Below are positions 29,188 to 36,561 of a DNA stretch of 37,695 nucleotides, piece by piece. Below the pieces are notes generated by a model that was given only the letters and a program-made list of their open reading frames with translations, was not told where the DNA came from and searched no databases. Each line of letters begins with the position of its first letter. Positions within the stretch are counted from its first letter, which is position 1. This DNA comes from an uncultured Bacteroidales bacterium. GTDB lineage: Bacteria; Bacteroidota; Bacteroidia; Bacteroidales; JAIOZK01. Position numbers and translations under genes: made by a program. The stretch is from contig CAZTAW010000002.1 in NCBI GenBank assembly GCA_964611705.1, positions 1-37,695 on the forward strand, written 5' to 3'.

Positions 29188-31569
29188 ATGAAAAAATATT
29201 TATTGGTATTTATATGTATTTATATATCATTTGCATCTTTTAAAATCAATGCACAAAACAAAACAGATGCAAATTTAGTTGGGCACGTAGTTTGCTGCGG
29301 GGAACATATCCCCTTTGCCAGCGTTTATATTAAAGGAACAACCATCGGAACAACAACAGATGAAACAGGGCATTTTCAACTGATCAACCTTCCACCCGGT
29401 GAAGTTGTTGTGAGGGCGCAAGCATTGGGATATAAACCTGCTGAGCAAACAGTGACAGCAGAAACCGGTACAACAAAGGAAATTAAGTTTGAACTGGAAC
29501 GCGATATGTTGGGCCTTGAGGAGGTTGTTGTAACCGGCGACCGGAAAACAAAAGGAAGGCATAATTCTTCTGTTGTTGTTAACTCAATTACACCGGTGCA
29601 TTTCAGGGCAACACAATCAGTAACACTGGGTGAGGGCCTGAATTTTTGTCCTGGCCTGCGGATGGAAAACAATTGCCAGAATTGTGGTTTTAGCCAGATA
29701 AGAATGAACGGAATGGAAGGGCCGTATTCCCAGATTCTTATTAACAATCGTCCCATCTTTAGCGGCCTGGCGGGTGTATATGGTCTTGAGTTGATCCCGG
29801 CCAATATGATAGAACGTGTGGAAGTAGTTAGGGGTGGAGGTTCTGCTTTGTACGGAAGTAATGCAATTGCAGGAACCATTAACCTTATTTTAAAAGACCC
29901 CGGCAAAAGCTCTTATGAATTTGGAACTGACATGGGAGTAATTGGTGTTGGTATGGATGGCGCAGGCGATCCCGCTACGGATTACAATATGAAATTAAAT
30001 ACCTCACTTGTTTCGGGTGATAGCAAAACAGGAATGTCCGTATATGGTTTTCACAGGAACAGGCAGCATTTTGATGCCAACGGAGATGAGTTTTCAGAAC
30101 TGGCTTCAATTGAAAATACAACAATTGGCTCACGCTTGTTTCATCGTTTTGGATATCGTAGTAAACTTACTTTTGATTTTTTCAACATCAACGAAAACAG
30201 AAGGGGTGGAAATAAATTTGAGTATCCCAAACATGAGGCGGATATTGCAGAGGCTTTGGAGCATAATCTTTTCACAGGTGCGCTTTCATTTGATCAGTAT
30301 TTCAGGGATACGGACCTTTTATCGGTATACATCTCAGGACAGAATGTTGACAGAGACTCATATTATGGTGCCAATCAATCTTTGAAAGACTATGGAAAGA
30401 CAAGCGATTTTACTTATAATATCGGAGCACAGTATTTTGCTGACTTCAAATCTTCTGATCTGATCATTGGTATTGAAAATACAGGTGGAAAGCTGAAAGA
30501 CAAAAAGCTTGGCTATCCTGATTATGAAAATGCCGTTATTATTGATGATTCAATTGTTAGCGTTCCGCATGTGCCGAATACGGTAATTGCGGATCAAACT
30601 ACAAATACATTTGGTGCTTTTACACAATATGAAATCAACATCAGTAATCTGAAAGCTTCACTTGGTTTACGATACGATCATTATAACGTAAAGGACAATC
30701 AGCGTGAAGGGGAAACCAAAACCGGTGATGTATTCAGCCCGCGTGTTAACCTGATGTATGATATAACCGAATTTCTGCAGGCACGCCTGAGTTATTCGCA
30801 AGGATACAGGGCGCCTCAGATTTTTGATGAAGACCTGCATATAGAAACTTCGGGCTCCCGACAGGTAATACATCGAAATGCGCCTGACCTGAAGCAGGAA
30901 ACAAGTCATAGTATTACTACATCTTTAACCTTAAATAAAAGGTTTGGTAAAACGAATGTTGAATTTGTTGCAGAGGGTTTTTACATTCAGCTTGTTGATC
31001 CTTTTGCCAATGAATTCAGTGAACCTGATTCAAGTGGTGTTGTGGTTTATACGCGCGTGAATGCTGAGGATGGCGCCAAAGTAATGGGGGTAAATCTGGA
31101 GTTGAATATTGTACCAAAAGGAAATGTTTTATTCAAATCGGGTCTTACAATACAAAAAAGCGAATATGATAAAGCGCAGGAATTTAACGAAAAACGTTTT
31201 TTCAGAACACCTGATTCCTATGGCTATACAATGATGGACTGGAAGGTTAATAATTCCTTTGGTTTTTCGGCTTCCCTTGATTATACGGGTAAAATGCTAG
31301 TGCCTTATTTTGGGGTGGGGCTGCCGGATGCTGATGAGGGAGAATTGCGTGAATCGGATGCTTTCTTTGATTTGGGAGTGAAGCTCAGATATAATGTGAA
31401 AATCAACGGAGCTACATTGCAGATTTTTGGCGGAGTGAAAAACATTTTCAATTCTTATCAGGATGATTTTGATTACGGAGTTGACCGTGACCCGGGCTAT
31501 ATCTATGGCCCGCTGAATCCAAGAACGATTTATTTTGGTATCAATATCGGAAATAAAATCAAGTCCTGA
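29188..31569 (+). CDS. TonB-dependent receptor with N-terminal CarboxypepD_reg-like domain
   Basis: 793 aa with a signal peptide. It has a CarboxypepD_reg-like domain (VYIKGTTIGTTTDETGHFQLINLPPGEVVV), a TonB-box/plug region (LEEVVVTGDR...ERVEVVRGGGSALYGSNAIAGTINL) and a long beta-barrel. The plug contains an unusual NNCQNCG. Confidence 0.9.
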   Translation: MKKYLLVFICIYISFASFKINAQNKTDANLVGHVVCCGEHIPFASVYIKGTTIGTTTDETGHFQLINLPPGEVVVRAQALGYKPAEQTVTAETGTTKEIKFELERDMLGLEEVVVTGDRKTKGRHNSSVVVNSITPVHFRATQSVTLGEGLNFCPGLRMENNCQNCGFSQIRMNGMEGPYSQILINNRPIFSGLAGVYGLELIPANMIERVEVVRGGGSALYGSNAIAGTINLILKDPGKSSYEFGTDMGVIGVGMDGAGDPATDYNMKLNTSLVSGDSKTGMSVYGFHRNRQHFDANGDEFSELASIENTTIGSRLFHRFGYRSKLTFDFFNINENRRGGNKFEYPKHEADIAEALEHNLFTGALSFDQYFRDTDLLSVYISGQNVDRDSYYGANQSLKDYGKTSDFTYNIGAQYFADFKSSDLIIGIENTGGKLKDKKLGYPDYENAVIIDDSIVSVPHVPNTVIADQTTNTFGAFTQYEINISNLKASLGLRYDHYNVKDNQREGETKTGDVFSPRVNLMYDITEFLQARLSYSQGYRAPQIFDEDLHIETSGSRQVIHRNAPDLKQETSHSITTSLTLNKRFGKTNVEFVAEGFYIQLVDPFANEFSEPDSSGVVVYTRVNAEDGAKVMGVNLELNIVPKGNVLFKSGLTIQKSEYDKAQEFNEKRFFRTPDSYGYTMMDWKVNNSFGFSASLDYTGKMLVPYFGVGLPDADEGELRESDAFFDLGVKLRYNVKINGATLQIFGGVKNIFNSYQDDFDYGVDRDPGYIYGPLNPRTIYFGINIGNKIKS

Positions 31570-31741
31570 GTAAGAAGATTATAGTATTTGTCAGAATTGT
31601 TTAACTTTATCAGTTTGTTGGAAACCGGAAACTGATAGCTGGAAGTTTGATGTTTATTAATCTGTTATCAAGCATTCATTATCAAGTAACTGTTGCCAGG
31701 AATCCGGTTTTCAAAAAAATTGAACGAAATCAAATCTTGTT

Positions 31742-32389
31742 ATGGTAAAGTGCATTCAATACAAAGATCCCAATTCTCAGGAATTGATTCGCGAGCTGGA
31801 AGGATTAAACCAATGCCCGGGTACATGTTTTTTTATTGACATTGTGGGTTCAACCATTATTAAATACAGGTCAGGTTTGAAAGAATGGGGACGTAAGCTG
31901 AACAATACCTTTAATTTTATTTCTTTCCTGAATGACTTCCCTGATAATATCGTTAAAGGCATTGGTGATGAAATTATGCTATACATACCTGATGAAGAGC
32001 TTTTTAAAAAGAAATCCCACAAGGATTATTTTTCGCTTTTACAGGAAATCTACGCCACGCTTGATAATATTAAAAACTTCCCCCTTGAGGACACTTTTTT
32101 ACACTGCAAGGTAGCCATTCATTACTGCAGTGATGTGTACAATATTTCTTTCCTGAAAGGCGCGAATGATTACTATGGCAAAGATATTGACCTTACGGCA
32201 AGGCTTACCTCCAAAGCAAAAACCAACAGAATTGTCTTGAGTGAAGTCTTTTACCAAAAAGTAAAGATTGATTACGATAAAAAATACAAAGGTTTCCAGG
32301 CAACAGCTTTCAATAGAATATCAGAAAAATATATAGAAGATTTTAAAGGTGTACCATTTCCAACTGAGTTTCGCATTATAGAAGTTTAG
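31742..32389 (+). CDS. minimal stand-alone class III nucleotidyl cyclase-like protein
   Basis: 215 aa with no sensor, TM or regulatory domain. CFFIDIVGST, KGIGDEIMLYI, KVAIHYC and GKDIDLTARLTS align by eye with ILFADIRNFT, KYIGDSIMALF, IGIHTG and DAVNLTSRLE of the 700-aa cyclase in this window. Confidence 0.7.
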   Translation: MVKCIQYKDPNSQELIRELEGLNQCPGTCFFIDIVGSTIIKYRSGLKEWGRKLNNTFNFISFLNDFPDNIVKGIGDEIMLYIPDEELFKKKSHKDYFSLLQEIYATLDNIKNFPLEDTFLHCKVAIHYCSDVYNISFLKGANDYYGKDIDLTARLTSKAKTNRIVLSEVFYQKVKIDYDKKYKGFQATAFNRISEKYIEDFKGVPFPTEFRIIEV

Positions 32390-32407
32390 TTGTATTTTTG
32401 TAAAGCA

Positions 32408-32695
32408 ATGCTGAAATTTCAGAAAATAGCAGCCGGTTTGTTTCTTTTGCTGTTCCTGTTCAGGTCTGTGCCTGAACAATATTGGATATTTCTACATCCT
32501 CATGAGCATGACAAATATCATAAAATCTCTCAACATTCTGTATTAAGCAAAGCTTATCATAACTGCAAAGATCATCTTACCTATGTGAATGTAAAGTTGA
32601 TTCAGGATGATGAATCCTTTTCTGTGGTTTTACCTTTTGATCAACCTGTTTATTTTATTAATATTTCAGAACACGACTACAAAACTTATTTTTAA
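32408..32695 (+). CDS. His-rich small membrane protein, probable frameshifted paralog of 28753..29130
   Basis: An N-terminal TM (IAAGLFLLLFLF) is followed by His clusters (HPHEHDKYHK, HNCKDH). The second TM and an NRAPP end (compare YRGPP) appear only in the +1 frame, 32601..32735 (MMNPFLWFYLLINLFILLIFQNTTTKLIFNFQNRAPPTRLIA). The ATG at 32408 is preferred over the TTG at 32390. Confidence 0.4.
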   Translation: MLKFQKIAAGLFLLLFLFRSVPEQYWIFLHPHEHDKYHKISQHSVLSKAYHNCKDHLTYVNVKLIQDDESFSVVLPFDQPVYFINISEHDYKTYF

Positions 32696-32735
32696 TTTTC
32701 AAAACAGGGCACCTCCGACAAGATTAATTGCATAG

Positions 32736-32927
32736 TATCACTTAAATGCATCTGTGGGAGCAGAGATAAAATGGGGAAAACAGTTACTTTCGTTGGGTGT
32801 TGTTGTAAACAATATTCTTGATAAAAAATATATTTCTCATTTATCCACGCTTAAGCCAATGGAAATCTATAATCCCGGCAGGAATGTCAGTGTTTATTTG
32901 AGGGTGCCTGTTGGATTGAAAAAATAA
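32736..32927 (+). pseudogene. C-terminal remnant of a TonB-dependent receptor
   Basis: An open frame with no start codon reads YHLNASVGAEIKWGKQLLSLGVVVNNILDKKYISHLSTLKPMEIYNPGRNVSVYLRVPVGLKK followed by a stop. This is the last few barrel strands of a TBDR (N-L-D-K-Y...PGRN motif). About 700 codons of plug and barrel are missing. Confidence 0.7.
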
Positions 32928-32983
32928 AAATACCAGGCATTTTTCTGTTAGATGCAGTTATACCGATTGGAGCATAAGATCAA

Positions 32984-34195
32984 TTATTGCAAACCTGTTC
33001 CGGATCGGTATACCTCACTGTAAACCCTGAGCAAATTTTTTCCCCAAATCTTTTTTATATCTTTTTCTGAATATCCACGGTGTAGTAGTTCTGCTGTTAT
33101 GTTTTTCATCTGGCTCGCATCATAACAATCTTTCAAAGCACCGCCGCCATCAAAATCCGAACCGATGCCCACATAATCAACTCCAATCAGGTTAACTACA
33201 TGATCAATATGATCAACCAGGTCAGAAACTGTTGCCAGTTCTTTTGGGTATTTTTTATTGGCTTCATGCCAGTCTTTGCGGGCTTGTTTATATTCTTCCT
33301 CGCTTAAATCCTTAAAATGATTGTATTTTTCACGAATGGCCTGAAAAGCGCTGTCACGTGGCGGATTGGGTGCAGGCTCTGTAACATAATCAGTATAAAG
33401 GCACATTTGGATAACACCGCCTTTTTCGGCCAGCTTTTTCAGCATATCATCATTCAGATTTCTTACATTGTCGCAAATGGTTCTGGCACAGCTATGAGAG
33501 GCAATTACAGGTGCTTCGGTAATTTCAAGCACATCATAAAAACTACTGTCGGAAATATGCGTAACGTCTATGATCATTCCCAGCTTGTTCATTTCCTTAA
33601 CGACTTCAATGCCAAAATCACTCAAACCATTATGCTCGGTGGTATCTGTCGAAGAGTCACAAATATCATTGTTTTTGGTATGACATAGCGTGATGTAACG
33701 CACGCCTCTGTCATAAAAATGCTTGATGTTTTCGATTTGATTTCCGATTGGAAAACCATTTTCCAGCCCGATGCAAACAATTTGTTTTCCAGCTTTTTCA
33801 AGATCATAAATCTCATCGGGAGTAGTTGCAATAGCAGCGGTTTCGGGATAACGATTTACATTTGCATAAATGGAGTCAATAATGCGATTGGCTAACTGAA
33901 AGGCCTTCTCATTTTCTTCTGGAGTTCTTTCCCTTTGCCCTACAAAAGCTGCGAAAAAGACTGCATCCAAACCACCTTTTTGCATTTTGGGAAAGTCAAT
34001 TTTGCTGCTGCTCTCCGCTGGATCGTGAAAGGTGTTCAGGTCAAAATCCGAACGGGTGAAGCGCAGAGGGGTATCCGTATGCGAATCTATGGTAATGGCT
34101 TCCAGATGAATGCGTTCAGCTTTTTCTTCAAATGATTCCGAATGACAGGAAAACAGAAATGCTGGCGCAATAAACAAAACAATCCACTTCTTCAT
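32984..34195 (-). CDS. membrane dipeptidase (peptidase M19, renal dipeptidase family), lipoprotein
   Basis: 403 aa with a lipobox (LFSC). It has IDSHTDTP, LCHTKNNDI, IDVTHISD and GIGSDFDGGG, which are typical of M19. Confidence 0.9.
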   Translation of the reverse strand: MKKWIVLFIAPAFLFSCHSESFEEKAERIHLEAITIDSHTDTPLRFTRSDFDLNTFHDPAESSSKIDFPKMQKGGLDAVFFAAFVGQRERTPEENEKAFQLANRIIDSIYANVNRYPETAAIATTPDEIYDLEKAGKQIVCIGLENGFPIGNQIENIKHFYDRGVRYITLCHTKNNDICDSSTDTTEHNGLSDFGIEVVKEMNKLGMIIDVTHISDSSFYDVLEITEAPVIASHSCARTICDNVRNLNDDMLKKLAEKGGVIQMCLYTDYVTEPAPNPPRDSAFQAIREKYNHFKDLSEEEYKQARKDWHEANKKYPKELATVSDLVDHIDHVVNLIGVDYVGIGSDFDGGGALKDCYDASQMKNITAELLHRGYSEKDIKKIWGKNLLRVYSEVYRSGTGLQ

Positions 34196-34253
34196 AACAG
34201 TCGTATTTATTTTATTGCAATGTTAAGGATTTTTTTGAATATCAGAATATCAG

Positions 34254-34516
34254 CCCGCAGCTTTAGCTGTGGGTTAAAAAGAAGGAAATATAATGAGCCG
34301 GGAGATTCCTCAACCTCTCGCTGCTGACTTTTGCAGTATTTCGCAATCGGCTAAACGGCGAGAGGTTTACGGAATGACAGGCGCTTTTTTTGAAAGTGGG
34401 CGGGGGCTGGATGGCGCTCTGCGCCATCCAGCCCCATCTCTTTCCTATAAAAGCCAATGTCATTCCTCATAAGAGCAGTCGAGCGCAGCGAGACCGCGAA
34501 AGGAGGAATCTGTGGG
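34254..34516. repeat. GC-rich island of nested perfect inverted repeats (candidate structured RNA or REP/MITE-like DNA element)
   Basis: Perfect arms are 34303..34311 with 34503..34511 (9 bp), 34312..34321 with 34358..34367 (10 bp), 34371..34379 with 34458..34466 (9 bp), and 34403..34417 with 34421..34435 (15 bp, 3-nt loop). A further hairpin pairs 34254..34261 with 34266..34273. Bases 34381..34440 are 37/60 G+C, whereas the flanks are strongly AT-rich. Confidence 0.6.
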
Positions 34517-34618
34517 CATATTGTTTTTAAATTAAAGAATAAAAAATTAATATTCATTTATACAATTTTTCCAATTGTTTTTATACATTTACATTCCAAA
34601 ATCAATACTTGTTTAACC

Positions 34619-36376
34619 ATGAGATATATATTATTAATTCTGATAGCTGTTTTTTTTTCATCTCAGGCTTATTCACAAAAAGTTATATCCGGTAAAAGCG
34701 GAAAAACAAAATTAAAGATCAATCCGCATTACGAAAGGGGAATGCCTCCAAACCTCTATGTAGATATGGTTTTTGAAGATCAAAACAACAATGGTATCCT
34801 GGAAGCAATGGAAGATGCCATTTTAAAGGTTAAAATAACCAACAAAGGCGCAGGCAAAGCGCAAGGCCTGAAAGTACGGGTCAATTCGGATAAATATGAT
34901 GAAGAACTAACAATTGATGACGGTAAAGAGATACCGTACTTAATGCCCGATCAAACTGTTGAACTGGATATTCCCATAGATGCCGGTTTTGACATACAAT
35001 CAAACGAGCACAAGCTAAAGATTTCGGTTACAGAGTATTTTGGGTATGATATGGACCCGGCATATCTTTATCTGAGCACTTTAGCATACAGAAAACCTAA
35101 CCTGGAATTCTCGGGCCTGGAAATAGTGGACCTCGGTAAAGGGGCCATCCAGCAAGATGCCAAGCTACAAGCCGGAGAAATGGTCAGGGTAAAGATCATT
35201 ATTCAGAATGTTGGCCGGAATATCTCCCGAAACACAAAATACCATGTTTATACAACTGATAACAACATCTATATTGATAACAAATCAGGAGAGCTTGGTG
35301 ATATTAAAATCGGAGAAGTTAAAGAATTTTGGGTTAATGTGAGCCCCAACAAGAGGGTTGATTATACCGGCGACCTTCCCATATATCTTACCCTTAACAA
35401 CAAATACGATATTGGAGAGATAGATGCTTTAAGGCTTCCGATACAGCTTGACCAAAAACCACCGGAAAAAAACATTGTCAAGGTTGAGCCTGATATTGAC
35501 CGCCTCGAAAAACAAGTAGCACGTTTTGAATACACCTCAGATAAAATTACGGCTAATGTAGGTAAAGTTATTGACATCAGGCAGGTGCCCCGCTCCAAAA
35601 CATTGCGTACTGATGCTGTTGCCATTGTGATTGGTGTGGAAGACTATGATAATTTCGTTCCGGCACCTTATGCTGATAATGATGCTGATCTTATGGCCGA
35701 GTATTTCAGGAATGTAATAGGAATCAATAAAGTATATACTTATACCAATCATGATGTATCCGGATTTTTCTTTGACAATACCTTTGATCCCAATTACGGC
35801 GAATTACAAAAAGCCATTGCCAAAGGACAAACCGAAGTTTTTGTTTACTATTCCGGGCATGGAATGCCTTCAAAAGACGGCAGCAAGGTTTTTCTTTTCC
35901 CTGCTGATGGTAGAATTGAAGCCCTCGACAGGCAAGGCTATGACCTGAACAAGTTTTACCAGAACCTCGAATCCCTCGGGGCAAAGAAAATAACGGTATT
36001 TCTGGATGCCTGTTTCAGCGGTGCATCACGTACATCGGGCACATATGAAACAGAAAACCTCATTGCCATGAAAGGCATCAGGATCACGCCCAAGGTAAAA
36101 CAACCCTGGGAAGAAAACCCCAACTTTACCGTTTTTACTTCTTCCGATTACAATGAAACTTCTCTGGGATTTGACCCATCCGAAACAGGTTTGTTTACCT
36201 ATTATTTATGTGCCGGATTGCAGGGCAATGCCGACCGGAACAACGACCAGAAGATCACATTGGGCGAACTCAGGGAATATGTAATTAACAATGTAACCGA
36301 AACCTCAGTAAAGATCAGCGGTTTGCAAACGCCAAGGTTTTTTGGAAATGAAAATACGGTGGTTGTTGAGTATTAG
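34619..36376 (+). CDS. secreted caspase-family (peptidase C14) protein with N-terminal Ig/CARDB-like domains
   Basis: The start is taken at MRYILLILIAVFFSSQAYSQ (signal peptide), not at 34457. Two CARDB-like segments are present (AILKVKITNKGAGKAQGLKV, MVRVKIIIQNVGRNISRN). The caspase core has AIVIGVEDYD, the catalytic His in YYSGHG and the catalytic Cys in LDACFSGA. Confidence 0.85.
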   Translation: MRYILLILIAVFFSSQAYSQKVISGKSGKTKLKINPHYERGMPPNLYVDMVFEDQNNNGILEAMEDAILKVKITNKGAGKAQGLKVRVNSDKYDEELTIDDGKEIPYLMPDQTVELDIPIDAGFDIQSNEHKLKISVTEYFGYDMDPAYLYLSTLAYRKPNLEFSGLEIVDLGKGAIQQDAKLQAGEMVRVKIIIQNVGRNISRNTKYHVYTTDNNIYIDNKSGELGDIKIGEVKEFWVNVSPNKRVDYTGDLPIYLTLNNKYDIGEIDALRLPIQLDQKPPEKNIVKVEPDIDRLEKQVARFEYTSDKITANVGKVIDIRQVPRSKTLRTDAVAIVIGVEDYDNFVPAPYADNDADLMAEYFRNVIGINKVYTYTNHDVSGFFFDNTFDPNYGELQKAIAKGQTEVFVYYSGHGMPSKDGSKVFLFPADGRIEALDRQGYDLNKFYQNLESLGAKKITVFLDACFSGASRTSGTYETENLIAMKGIRITPKVKQPWEENPNFTVFTSSDYNETSLGFDPSETGLFTYYLCAGLQGNADRNNDQKITLGELREYVINNVTETSVKISGLQTPRFFGNENTVVVEY

Positions 36377-36466
36377 TGAATGGTGAGTGGTGAGTGGTGA
36401 GTAGTGAATGGTAGTAAGTAATGAAAAGGCACAACAATGAAGCAATCGAACAATTGAACAATAAAT
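36376..36466 (+). repeat. short-period tandem repeats: 7 x heptamer GTGARTG-like, then 4 x octamer CAATNGAA-like
   Basis: 36376..36424 reads GTGAATG GTGAGTG GTGAGTG GTGAGTA GTGAATG GTAGTAA GTAATGA and begins at the last base of the caspase stop codon. 36435..36466 reads CAATGAAG CAATCGAA CAATTGAA CAATAAAT. Confidence 0.85.
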
Positions 36467-36561
36467 ATAGCACACGGATAACTCAGATGCAACGAATATT
36501 CACGGATCAGTGTGAATCCGTAAAATCCGTGGTATCTGCGTGCTATTAAAAAGATTGACAT

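Noticed and set aside
31742-32695. Calling the minimal cyclase plus the downstream ORF a Pycsar defence system.
   Set aside because: The downstream ORF has no cyclic-nucleotide-binding domain, no TIR domain and no multi-TM effector layout. It instead resembles the His-rich miniprotein that precedes the TonB receptor. The cyclase is kept only as an orphan-cyclase observation.
34254-34516. A known riboswitch or housekeeping RNA identity for the GC-rich island.
   Set aside because: By-eye comparison found no B12 box, TPP, glycine, ykkC, fluoride or ZTP cores, and no tmRNA, SRP, RNase P or 6S-like layout. It is left as an unclassified element pending a covariance-model search.
34457-34618. N-terminal extension of the caspase ORF (MSFLIRAVERSETAKGG...).
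   Set aside because: The extension reads through the GC-rich inverted-repeat island and AT-rich promoter-like DNA. A textbook signal peptide starts at the internal ATG at 34619.
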